DNA from: Dehalococcoidia bacterium
GTDB lineage: Bacteria; Chloroflexota; Dehalococcoidia; Lucifugimonadales; VXLM01
Reading direction: 5' to 3'
Length of the DNA: 64,000 bases
Assembly: GCA_963662435.1 (NCBI GenBank)
Contig: OY759598.1
Coordinates: 248,001-312,000 of the forward strand
Every line of letters begins with the position of its first letter. Within the stretch, counting starts at the first letter, position 1. The position numbers and the translations under genes were made by a program. Under the pieces are notes generated by a model. The model was not told the origin of the DNA and searched no databases. It worked only from the letters and a program-made list of their open reading frames with translations. This document shows, one piece after another, positions 27,506 through 36,879 of the stretch.

Positions 27506-27655
27506 AATTGTTCAGTATTGGTGAGTTGAATCGCGAAGACCCCCCTCTCTGTATCTCTCCCCCACCGGGGGAGAGATTGTAGATTCTTCGTCGCTGCGCT
27601 CCTCAGAATGACATTGAGAAAACAATTCGTGCAATCTCACCAACTCTGAACAATT
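27506..27655. repeat. 150-bp MITE-like structured element, copy 1
   Basis: Imperfect terminal inverted repeats (AATTGTTCAG..TTGGTGAG / CTCACCAAC..CTGAACAATT). Near-identical copy at 63316-63465. Confidence 0.88.
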
Positions 27656-27794
27656 TGCTTGCGAAGGGACCGAATTGAAGGGGAACCGGCAGCGACTTCC
27701 CGCCAGGCAACCCTGGCGAGGTCCAGGGTCGTACAATAGAAGGGGATATCACATCCAAAGGAAGTCTGTAGAACCGGCGAGGAGTCTTGCGCTT

Positions 27795-28820
27795 ATGGTC
27801 TTGAACTATCCAAATGTGGTTTCTCAGGCCCCAACCCTATCCGCTCTTGTTGGCTGTGCCGCCAGTAACGAGGAAATGCTGTCTGATCGCGCCAGGGGGA
27901 CGATGTTGGGACTGGCAGTGGGCAATCTCCTTGGGTTGCCAATGGAGGGGTGGTCAAGCGACGCGATCGAGAAACGGTATCTCGACGGCGTGGTCGATAT
28001 CGATTCCCGTGAGGCGCACAGGCCGATGGACGACGATTTGGCGCAAGCCGTCGAACTAGGGGAGGCTCTGTTGGGCGGGGGAGACTACGTGGACGAGTTT
28101 GCAGGACGGTTGGTCGTTTGGAGGCGTGAGAATGGGCGCGGGATCGGGTTTACGACGGATCGAGTCATCAGCGTGTTGGAGGCAGGACACGGACCTCCGG
28201 AAGCGGCGCGAATCGTCTACACAGAGAGTCCCATCGCACCAAACGGTGGCGTAATGCGGTGTGCGCCGGTCGCGCTGGCGCGGTTTCGAGAGCCGGAACT
28301 GCTGGTAAGCGACAGCGCCGCCACGTGCGTTGTGACCCATTTCGCGGCTTCTGCCCAGTGGTCGTGCATCATCATCAATGCGGTGATCGCTCTATTGCTC
28401 AGGGGAGTCAGGCCGGATCTCAAAGGACTCATGATTGCTGCGCGAGAGGACGGGTGTCCCGACTTGCTCGCGAATGCGCAGGGCGACGGTATCCCTTCAG
28501 AGGTGTTGGAGAGCATATCCGATGGACAGCCTTTGGTCCGGGACGCATCGTGGCTGCGAGGCGATCAGAACCTGATAGGCCATACGCTGATTGCCTTGCA
28601 GGCGGGTCTGTGGGCGGCGGTGACGCCACTTGGATTCGAGGCGGCACTGAGGGACGTCGTGGAGGCCGGGGGTGATACTGATACGAACGGCGCAGTAGTG
28701 GGTGCAGTTCTGGGCGCGAGATATGGGGAGTCCGGCATACCTGAGCGCTGGCTAGATGTCGTGCCAGAGCCTGAGCGGATCGTGGGTCTGGCCGACGGCC
28801 TCGCAGGTCTGTCAGGCTGA
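27795..28820 (+). CDS. ADP-ribosylglycohydrolase (DraG/ARH family)
   Basis: GLAVGNLLG, MDDD, NGGVMRCAP, TH, GGDTDTNGAVVG. RBS GAGGAG precedes ATG 27795. Confidence 0.9.
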   Translation: MVLNYPNVVSQAPTLSALVGCAASNEEMLSDRARGTMLGLAVGNLLGLPMEGWSSDAIEKRYLDGVVDIDSREAHRPMDDDLAQAVELGEALLGGGDYVDEFAGRLVVWRRENGRGIGFTTDRVISVLEAGHGPPEAARIVYTESPIAPNGGVMRCAPVALARFREPELLVSDSAATCVVTHFAASAQWSCIIINAVIALLLRGVRPDLKGLMIAAREDGCPDLLANAQGDGIPSEVLESISDGQPLVRDASWLRGDQNLIGHTLIALQAGLWAAVTPLGFEAALRDVVEAGGDTDTNGAVVGAVLGARYGESGIPERWLDVVPEPERIVGLADGLAGLSG

Positions 28821-28880
28821 TCGTCCTAGTGTAGTTGTCACCTACTTGCGTGGTTTATTATGTCGGTAGGAGGAACGTAC

Positions 28881-29867
28881 ATGGCCAGACAATCGATTGT
28901 TGAACGACTCGGTAGCGGCGAAATGCTGCTCATGGACGGCGGGACGGGCTCGGAGCTTCAGCGTCGTGGTGCGGACGTTCTCAAGGACGCTGAGGATCGG
29001 CTGAAGGCGTGGACGGCCACGACGAATATCGAGCATGCTGACGTTGTGCAACAGGTGCATGCGGACTACCTCCGGGTCGGGGCGGATATCATCATCAGCA
29101 ACAACTTCTGGACGACGCCCACACGGCTCGAGAGGATTGGCGAACGCGACAACTGGCGCAAGTATGCAACGGCGGCAATACGAAACGCCGTACAGGCCCG
29201 CGACGCAATGGATACCGGCGGTTACGTTGCCGGCGGCATCGCTGCGCCGAGCCTCCAGGGAGGTCTCCCTCCGGTGCACAATCCAAAGTCGGACACGGCT
29301 CAACTCGGCGTTGAGGCATACCAAAAGGAATGGTCAGATCACGCCATGCTCCTGGCCGACGAGGGGGCGGACGTTATTCTGCCCGAGTACGTCGGCTTCA
29401 TCGAGGACTGTGTGGTGGCTGTAGATGGGTGTGCGGAAGCCGGACTTCCGGTCATTCTGGGTGTGCGGCACATCATGGACGACGGCACGATGAACTATGG
29501 CGAGGACCTGGCCGACCTCGCGACTGCGCTTCACGGTCACCCGGTCGATGCGGTGCTGCTCATGTGCAGCAATCCGGAGAATGTCTCCAAGGGACTGCCG
29601 ATCCTTCGCGAGGCGTACGACGGACCGGTCGGCGCCTACCCGAATCTTGGATACAATCCTACAGGCCCAATCACGAACATGCCGATGCTGACGAACCAGA
29701 AGCCGAGCGCTGGAGTGGACATTCTTCAGAACGCGGAATACTACCCCACTCGGATGGCGGAGTTTGCCTCGGAGTGGAAGGGAATGGGCGCGCAGATCAT
29801 CGGCGGCTGCTGTGCCGCGGGACCGGAGCACATCCAGGCGATGCGGCCTGTCGTGAAGGGCGTGTAG
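28881..29867 (+). CDS. Homocysteine S-methyltransferase family protein
   Basis: DGGTGSEL, GADII, GAYPN, IIGGCC. RBS AGGAGG. Confidence 0.9.
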   Translation: MARQSIVERLGSGEMLLMDGGTGSELQRRGADVLKDAEDRLKAWTATTNIEHADVVQQVHADYLRVGADIIISNNFWTTPTRLERIGERDNWRKYATAAIRNAVQARDAMDTGGYVAGGIAAPSLQGGLPPVHNPKSDTAQLGVEAYQKEWSDHAMLLADEGADVILPEYVGFIEDCVVAVDGCAEAGLPVILGVRHIMDDGTMNYGEDLADLATALHGHPVDAVLLMCSNPENVSKGLPILREAYDGPVGAYPNLGYNPTGPITNMPMLTNQKPSAGVDILQNAEYYPTRMAEFASEWKGMGAQIIGGCCAAGPEHIQAMRPVVKGV

Positions 29868-29992
29868 AACTGCGTAATGCAGGTAGCGCCGCGTCTACGT
29901 GGGAGTGCCCTTCAAGGGAGGGGTAATATTGACGGTTCGGCCTTGCATTGCTACCCTACATCGATACTTGTGCGTTGCAACGTAGTGAGGTT

Positions 29993-31012
29993 ATGGCAAA
30001 ACTTCTCGAAGTCAACAATCTGACAACTCACTTCTACACTGACAACGGGGTTGTCGAGGCGGTCGACGGTATTTCCTACTCGGTGGACGAGGGTGAGATC
30101 GTCGGCATCGTGGGCGAGAGTGGATGCGGCAAGAGTGTCAGTGCTCTTTCGATCATGGGACTCATACCCGACCCTCCCGGCAAGATTGTGGACGGCGAGG
30201 TTATCTTCGCCGGGCAGAACCTTCTCCAACTCTCATCGTCGCAGATGCGCAGGATTCGCGGCAACGACATCGGGATGGTGTTCCAGGAGCCGATGACGTC
30301 GCTGAACCCGGTGCTGACGATCGGGAGGCAGTTGACGGAGACTCTCGAACTTCACCTGAACATGACGGCGAGCGCGGCGAGTGAACGCGCGGCAGAACTG
30401 CTGAGTCTCGTTGGCATCCCGGACGCCGAGAGACGACTCAAGGACTACCCCCACCAGATGAGCGGCGGAATGCGCCAGCGCGTGATGATTGCGATGGCGG
30501 TTAGCTGCAATCCGAAGCTCATCATCGCGGACGAGCCTACGACTGCGTTGGACATGACGATTCAGGCTCAGATTCTCGAACTGATGCAGGGCCTGTCGAC
30601 CGAGCTGGGCACGGCGATGATCCTCATCACCCACAACCTGGGTGTTGTGGCGCGGTATGCCAAGCGCGTGATCGTTATGTACGCAGGCTCCATCATCGAA
30701 GAGGGCACCGCCCGCCAGATATACTACGATCCGCGTCACCCATATACCCTTGGTCTCCTGCGCTCCGTCCCACGACTGGACGAAGTGGAAGGGGTCAAGC
30801 TGGAGCCCATCGAAGGCCTGCCGCCCAACCTGATCGGTCTTGGTGACGGCTGCAACTTCGCGCCGAGGTGCCGGTACGCGGTCGATCAGTGCCTCACTGA
30901 GACGCCGGTGCTCGAAGCGGTAAGAGAAGCGACCCCACCGCACCACGCAGCGTGCTGGCGATCCGAGGACCTTCCGAACTTGGTTGGCTCGCCCGTGGCG
31001 GCAGGAGGATAG
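29993..31012 (+). CDS. oppD: Oligopeptide/dipeptide ABC transporter ATPase
   Basis: [31 protein letters not shown]-terminal Cys motif. Confidence 0.92.
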   Translation: MAKLLEVNNLTTHFYTDNGVVEAVDGISYSVDEGEIVGIVGESGCGKSVSALSIMGLIPDPPGKIVDGEVIFAGQNLLQLSSSQMRRIRGNDIGMVFQEPMTSLNPVLTIGRQLTETLELHLNMTASAASERAAELLSLVGIPDAERRLKDYPHQMSGGMRQRVMIAMAVSCNPKLIIADEPTTALDMTIQAQILELMQGLSTELGTAMILITHNLGVVARYAKRVIVMYAGSIIEEGTARQIYYDPRHPYTLGLLRSVPRLDEVEGVKLEPIEGLPPNLIGLGDGCNFAPRCRYAVDQCLTETPVLEAVREATPPHHAACWRSEDLPNLVGSPVAAGG

Positions 31013-31014
31013 TA

Positions 31015-32037
31015 GTGACCGAGTCAAACGGAACAGGGGGGCCTCTGATCGAGGTCAGGGACGTCAGGATGTACTTCCCCGTTACGTCGGGGATCGTATT
31101 CCAGCGGAAGGTGGCAGAGGTCAAGGCCGTCGACGATGTGTCGCTAACCATCAGCAAGGGTGAAGTGCTCGGTCTGGTCGGCGAGAGCGGAAGCGGCAAG
31201 ACGACGCTGGGGAGGGTGATTCTCCAGCTGCTGCGCCAGACATCCGGCGACGTGTTCTACGACGGCGAACGGCTGAACAGCATGAGCCACAAGGAGCTCA
31301 GGCCGATCCGCCGGAAGATGCAGGTGATATTCCAGGACCCCTACGGCTCGCTCAATCCCCGCATGACGTGCGGCGACATCGTGGGCGAGCCCCTCTCGGT
31401 CCACAGGTTGACCAGCAGCAAGGGCGAATACCAGGACCGCGTGTCGGAGCTTCTGCAGACGGTCGGGCTGAACCCCTTCATGGCTGACCGGTACCCGCAC
31501 GAGTTCTCCGGCGGCCAGAGGCAGCGAATCGGCATAGCGAGGGCGCTGGCCGTGAAACCTGACTTTATCGTGTGCGACGAGCCGGTCTCGGCTCTCGACG
31601 TGTCGATTCAGGCGCAGATCATCAACCTTCTCGAAGAACTCAAGGAAAAGCTTCAGCTAACGTACCTCTTTATCGCTCACGATCTGTCAGTGGTGCGGCA
31701 CATCAGCGACCGAGTGGCGGTCATGTACCTTGGCCACATCGTAGAGGTCGCGAGCCGCCAGGAGCTGTACGACAACCCGCTGCATCCCTACACGAGGGCG
31801 CTGCTGTCGGCCATCCCGATTCCCGACCCGGACATGGAGGACGAGCGCGAACGCATCATTCTGCGCGGCGAACTGCCCAGTCCGATGTCACCTCCGGAAG
31901 GGTGCGTCTTCCACACTCGGTGCCCGGTAATGGTCGAGGAGTGCAAGGACGAGATGCCGGGACTTCGGGAGGTCAGCCCCAACCACTGGGTGGCCTGCAT
32001 CCGCGCCACGGGATACGAGAGCGCAGTACCGGCGTAG
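31015..32037 (+). CDS. oppF: Oligopeptide/dipeptide ABC transporter ATPase
   Basis: [39 protein letters not shown] precedes GTG 31015. Confidence 0.92.
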   Translation: MTESNGTGGPLIEVRDVRMYFPVTSGIVFQRKVAEVKAVDDVSLTISKGEVLGLVGESGSGKTTLGRVILQLLRQTSGDVFYDGERLNSMSHKELRPIRRKMQVIFQDPYGSLNPRMTCGDIVGEPLSVHRLTSSKGEYQDRVSELLQTVGLNPFMADRYPHEFSGGQRQRIGIARALAVKPDFIVCDEPVSALDVSIQAQIINLLEELKEKLQLTYLFIAHDLSVVRHISDRVAVMYLGHIVEVASRQELYDNPLHPYTRALLSAIPIPDPDMEDERERIILRGELPSPMSPPEGCVFHTRCPVMVEECKDEMPGLREVSPNHWVACIRATGYESAVPA

Positions 32038-32164
32038 GGTCTTTCTACCCCTCGCTACTTCGGTCTGGTCAGTACTTCCCATTTGCACGCCCATGTGTAA
32101 GGGCAGGGCTTTGCTTCATTCAACCATTTGGGTAGTGTTGACTCTTCAGTGAATTCCGCCTTTC

Positions 32165-32327
32165 TCTGTCATTCCAAGCGAAGCGAGAAATCTGAAATCC
32201 GTGCCTGCGCGACGATTCTAGATTCTTCACTCCGCTCCGCTGCGTTCAGAATGACAGAATGTCACCACAAACTAGCTCTCTGGGTCAGGTGAATGTCTCG
32301 AGCTTCGACAGGCTCAGCACGAACGGG
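32165..32327. repeat. TGTCATTC..GAATGACA palindromic repeat plus TTCGACAGGCTCAG repeat between convergent genes
   Basis: TCTGTCATTC (32165) pairs with GAATGACAGA (32258). Second motif at about 32300-32327. Confidence 0.8.
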
Positions 32328-32370
32328 GTTGGCGACTCACCACCAGGGTGCTGAGTTGAGCGGCTAATAC

Positions 32371-35300
32371 TTACCCAAGTTCTCCTATGCGGAGGATGCG
32401 CGCGAGGGAGATCCTGCGGATGAGCAGGATTAGGGCAAGCGTGATGACGGCAAAGACCGCGAGCATGACCGCGTAGGTTATCAAGAGGGCCGACCAGTCG
32501 ATGACCATGACGAATGGCGGCACGACTCTTCCTCCGAAGTCGTCGTGGCCGAGGAAGGGCATGATGGTCGCGCCGAGGCGGCTGCCCATCCACGTACCGA
32601 GGGCGAGACCGACTGCAATGATCACGGTCTGTTCAAGCCACACGAGCATCATCAACTGACCACCCGACAGGCCGCTCGTCCGCATGAGGGCGAACTGCAC
32701 CTGTCTGCTTCGGAAGGAAGAGTAGGCGTGTACGAGGAATCCGAGACAGCTCAGGAGAAGGACGGCTGAGAAGGCGATGAACAGGAGCGCGCGCCATCCC
32801 GCGTCGACGAGGGGATCGACGGAGGCGTCCTTTGCACGGAAACGTTCCTCGCGGTCGAGAACGGTGACTGAGCCGAAGCCCTCGAGCGACTTGACGTCTT
32901 CCAACAGTCGTTCACGCTCTTCGCCGGTCGTGGAGGACGCTATCCACAGCTCCTCGGGGAGGAATGGCTGGTCGGAGACGCCGCTTGTGGCGAATGCGTT
33001 GAGGGCCGAGATGTCAGCGATGAGGTAGGGCTTGAGGTCGGATGTGACGGTGGGGAACAGTTCAATTGCGCCAACGACAGACACGGGTATTCTCGCGCGG
33101 TCGACGGACACCTCGAACTCGTCTCCCACGCTGTGGTTCTCCCGGGCCAGGAAAGCCTGGCTGGCCAGTACCTTGATCGGAGGAGGGTCGTCGCCGACGA
33201 ACATTCCTCGCGGCGTGAGCGGTTCGCCCTTCGCCCACGTGAACACCGCCGCCCCGGGTACGTCTTCGAAGACCTCCGCCGAGGGCTTCAACTCATCGCT
33301 GATGGAGTTCTCGGTTGTCTTCAGGAGCGACCATGCGTCGATGGTGTCGAACCCGTCGAGCAGGACTTGCCGTCCGTCTCGCGTTGTGGCGTGGACGTCG
33401 TCAAAGAGGACGGTGCCGGGTTTGAGCCCGATGTTGAGATTGGACTGCTCGACGTACAGGGCATCCAGCTTCAGCGGACCATTTGCGAGGAAGTCCTCAC
33501 GCCCCTCTACGGCCAGGGGGACAATGAGGCTGAGCCAGTCGCTCGAAGTCACGAAGCCGAGCCGGTAGTCCGCCCGCTGATCGATGGCGTTCGTCAGTCG
33601 GGCGACCACATGGAGAGTGGGACGCATCCTGTCGGACTTGATCCTTGCGCCGATTGACGCGGTATCGGGAGGGAGTTCGATGCCGCCACTTGTGACTGTG
33701 GACTCGTCGGGTTGTATTCGCCCGAGAAGTTCCTCGATAGGCTCGTCGGAGAAGTCGCCGCGGAACCACGCCACGTTGTCGAAGTTGGCGCTGTTCAGGG
33801 CGAAAAGCTCAAAGGAGCCGCCCTGCTGCCGAGTCAGGTCGCGTCCGGCGTGCCGGAGGACTGAACTGGCTACGTCGACGCCTGGAATTTCCTCGAATGC
33901 CGTTTCCTCCGTGAAGCGCCCTCCGGTCGTGATGGCGATGTCATCGGACGTGGAGGTTCTGTTGACGCCCACGACTCGCACGTCGCTGCCGGAGACATGC
34001 AGGATGCGCTCCTCGAAGCTGCGTTGAAGGGTCGTCCCAAAGCTCGATGCGAATATGCCCAGTCCGGCAGTGAGGATGAGCAGGAGGGAGAGACGCGAGT
34101 AGTGAGTCGGCTGCCGGGACATTTGCCACACGGTCATGGCGGCTGCGACAGGCAGGACCTTGGCGAAGAGCCTGCTGATGATGTTCATCGCCAGCGGGAA
34201 CAGCCTGAGCAGCACCATCGCCGAGGCGACAAGGACGAGTCCCGGCACGGCGAGGAGAAGCTCATCGGCCACGGCGGCGCCGAATACGTCGCGGGCGACT
34301 ACCGATCCCTGCTCGGTTAGCTGCCTGAAGAGGAAGATCGCGATGAGAAGCAGTAGGACATCGAGATAGTACCTCTGGAATACTGGGAGCGCGGCAGGCC
34401 GGGACGACTGCTGTCGCTGCTGGGTTATGCCGAACCGCGATGCCTGAATCGCGGGCAATAGGAGCGCAACGAAGCCCAGCACGCCGCCAAGAGCGCTCAG
34501 GGCGTAGGCCGAAGGCGATATTTCGACCGAGAGCAGACCTCCGCCCGTCAGGCCGAAGAAGGCAGGAGTGAGTCCCATCAGGCTGATGGTCACCGCCGCG
34601 ATTATGGGAGCGACGATTGCCGCGAGGATGGCGATAGTCGCCCCCTCAAGGATGAACACGGTGAGGATCTGCGAGGTGTCGGAGCCACGGCTGCGGAACT
34701 GTGCGACCTCCGAACGCTGGTTTTCTACGAGAAGCGACGACATGGTCGCGACGTAATAGAGGATGACAAAGGCGATGAGGATGAGGACGATGAACATCGG
34801 CAGCCTGGTGAAGAACAGGCGCTGGTCGTACTCGATCAGGGCGTCATCGAGGCTCGTCGTCTGAGAGACGGTCTGCAGGTTGGCGGCCGCCCTGTTGGAC
34901 ATGACGCGGAGGTTGGCGACGGTCAACTGGGCATTGTCGGCGTTAATCAGGCCGGGGTCGGTCTTGAGGTACCAGTAGTAGCCGACGGACATTCCGCCGA
35001 TGGATACGCCGAGGGACTCGAGGAACGATTGCCTCGATATGAAGAAGGGCATGAGGCGAAGGTCCGTCGTCTGGGTCTTTGTCTGCAGTCCTTCCTCGGC
35101 AAAGTGGACGAGCTCGCTGTCGTTGGCCTGCTGAAGGTCGAACGCGCCACTGATGGTGACATTGACGTAGGGGATATCGGAATTTATGGTAGGGACGGCG
35201 GCGAAGCGGTCACCGACCTTGGCGCCGAGTGCCTCCATGGCGTCGAGAGGAACGAGAGCTTGAAGCTCCAGGGGTTGGCCCGCCCCTACGGGTGGGGACA

Positions 35301-35787
35301 GGCTGGGACTCGCGCCCTGTACCAGTGGGACGCGCTCTTCGAGGTCGTCAATGAACGCGAAGAAGGTGCGGTCTTTGCCGAGCCTGGCTTCATCCTCGGC
35401 GCCGGGACTCCCCAGGTAGAAGGTGGGAGTGCGACCGGCGTGGACGGTGTCATGGACCATCCATGAGACGTGTCGGGCCATCAGCGGCTCGATGACCGTG
35501 CTGACTTTTCCGTATTCCTCGTTGTTGGTAGGTCCTCTGCTGGCACGGACGGTGATGTTGAGCTGTTCCGTCGTCCGTCGTTCGAGGGAGTTCTTGAGGG
35601 CAAGCTCGCGAAGCGCCTCGAAGTAGATTACTGTTCCGGACAGGATGGAGGACGCAAGGACGACGCCGATAATCACGTAGGAGAGAAGTCGCCAGTGGGC
35701 CAGCGCCCGTTTGACGACGAGCTGCCACGTCGCGATGACGCCATATGTTATCGCGTTCAGCCTCTCGTTTATTTTCTGCGTGTTCAT
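32371..35787 (-). CDS. Giant FtsX/MacB-like ABC permease
   Basis: Two FtsX-type TM blocks (QRSEVAQFRSRG; SRQVQFALMRTSG) separated by large extracytoplasmic domains. Confidence 0.88.
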   Translation of the reverse strand: MNTQKINERLNAITYGVIATWQLVVKRALAHWRLLSYVIIGVVLASSILSGTVIYFEALRELALKNSLERRTTEQLNITVRASRGPTNNEEYGKVSTVIEPLMARHVSWMVHDTVHAGRTPTFYLGSPGAEDEARLGKDRTFFAFIDDLEERVPLVQGASPSLSPPVGAGQPLELQALVPLDAMEALGAKVGDRFAAVPTINSDIPYVNVTISGAFDLQQANDSELVHFAEEGLQTKTQTTDLRLMPFFISRQSFLESLGVSIGGMSVGYYWYLKTDPGLINADNAQLTVANLRVMSNRAAANLQTVSQTTSLDDALIEYDQRLFFTRLPMFIVLILIAFVILYYVATMSSLLVENQRSEVAQFRSRGSDTSQILTVFILEGATIAILAAIVAPIIAAVTISLMGLTPAFFGLTGGGLLSVEISPSAYALSALGGVLGFVALLLPAIQASRFGITQQRQQSSRPAALPVFQRYYLDVLLLLIAIFLFRQLTEQGSVVARDVFGAAVADELLLAVPGLVLVASAMVLLRLFPLAMNIISRLFAKVLPVAAAMTVWQMSRQPTHYSRLSLLLILTAGLGIFASSFGTTLQRSFEERILHVSGSDVRVVGVNRTSTSDDIAITTGGRFTEETAFEEIPGVDVASSVLRHAGRDLTRQQGGSFELFALNSANFDNVAWFRGDFSDEPIEELLGRIQPDESTVTSGGIELPPDTASIGARIKSDRMRPTLHVVARLTNAIDQRADYRLGFVTSSDWLSLIVPLAVEGREDFLANGPLKLDALYVEQSNLNIGLKPGTVLFDDVHATTRDGRQVLLDGFDTIDAWSLLKTTENSISDELKPSAEVFEDVPGAAVFTWAKGEPLTPRGMFVGDDPPPIKVLASQAFLARENHSVGDEFEVSVDRARIPVSVVGAIELFPTVTSDLKPYLIADISALNAFATSGVSDQPFLPEELWIASSTTGEERERLLEDVKSLEGFGSVTVLDREERFRAKDASVDPLVDAGWRALLFIAFSAVLLLSCLGFLVHAYSSFRSRQVQFALMRTSGLSGGQLMMLVWLEQTVIIAVGLALGTWMGSRLGATIMPFLGHDDFGGRVVPPFVMVIDWSALLITYAVMLAVFAVITLALILLIRRISLARILRIGELG

Positions 35788-35808
35788 GGGGCGGTTGGAT
35801 TATAGCAG

Positions 35809-36783
35809 TCAACTTGCATGCGACCGGACGGCGTAGACGTGGCCGTCGGTCGATCCTACATATACGATTCCGTTTAACACCGCGGGCGACGATGAAACGC
35901 TGCCGTCGGTCTTGTATTTCCAGAGCAGGTCTCCGCTTGCAGCGGACGCGGCGTACACATGGCTGTCGAACGATCCGAAGTAGACAGTGCCGTTGACGAT
36001 TCGCGGGGAAGACTCGACCTTGTCGCCGGTCGCCACGCGCCAGCGAGGAACACCCTGCATCGCATCGAGAGCGTACAGATGCCCGTCCCTCGATCCGACG
36101 TAGACGGTCTCCTCAGCAATTGCGGGAGAGGAGACGACCCAGTCCCCCGTGCGATAGCGCCATACCTCCCGGCCGGTCCCGGCGTCAACGGCGTACACGT
36201 GGTCGTCCCACGAACCGAAGTAAACAACTCCGTTCGCAATGGCTGGGGAGGAGAATACTGCGCCGTCCGACTTGAAGCGCCAGTTGATATTGCCGCTAGT
36301 TGCTTCGAGCGAATACACGTGGCCGTCGTTGGAGCCTACGTACAGGGCACCTTCCACGACCCTCGGAGACGACATGATCCAGTCCTCTGTGGGAGTATGC
36401 CATGCGATTTCGCCGGTGTCGGTGTCGAGGGCGTAGACGTGGCGATCTGCCGAGCCCACGTACAGGGTATCGTCAGCCAATGCGGGAGAGGAGAAGACGC
36501 CTTCCCCCAACCGGCAGCGCCAGCGCACTTCGCCGGATGATGCGGAGAGCGCATAGACATGCCCGTCCCAGGAGCCGACATAGAGAACCCCATCGACCAA
36601 GCGAGGGGAAGAATAGACCTTGTCGCCCGCATCGAACGACCAGCGCAGTTCGCCTGTCTCTGCATCCAGCGCGAGAACGCTGCCGACCTCCGAACCTACG
36701 AAGACCAGCCCGCCCGCCACGGCAGGACTGGAGGACACTACGTCGCGTGTGCTAAAGCGCCACAAGAGTTCCGCCTCCTGCAT
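35809..36783 (-). CDS. PQQ-like eight-bladed beta-propeller protein (no signal peptide seen)
   Basis: Eight 40-aa repeats of W.F....V.SSP....VYVGS.DG.VYALDA.TG. Confidence 0.9.
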   Translation of the reverse strand: MQEAELLWRFSTRDVVSSSPAVAGGLVFVGSEVGSVLALDAETGELRWSFDAGDKVYSSPRLVDGVLYVGSWDGHVYALSASSGEVRWRCRLGEGVFSSPALADDTLYVGSADRHVYALDTDTGEIAWHTPTEDWIMSSPRVVEGALYVGSNDGHVYSLEATSGNINWRFKSDGAVFSSPAIANGVVYFGSWDDHVYAVDAGTGREVWRYRTGDWVVSSPAIAEETVYVGSRDGHLYALDAMQGVPRWRVATGDKVESSPRIVNGTVYFGSFDSHVYAASAASGDLLWKYKTDGSVSSSPAVLNGIVYVGSTDGHVYAVRSHAS

Positions 36784-36879
36784 GGTCTGCCTCGCTTTCC
36801 GGTCTATCAGCATTCTTGGTCCTGTGATGGAGTGCCGTCGAGGGCCTTCCGTATCATGTATGTATGCGTTCAGACTGCT

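Noticed and set aside
27675..27794. N-terminal extensions given by the ORF track (also 10148-10285, 17903-17965, 43272-43373)
   Set aside because: They run through repeat or promoter DNA, and better RBS-start pairs lie downstream.
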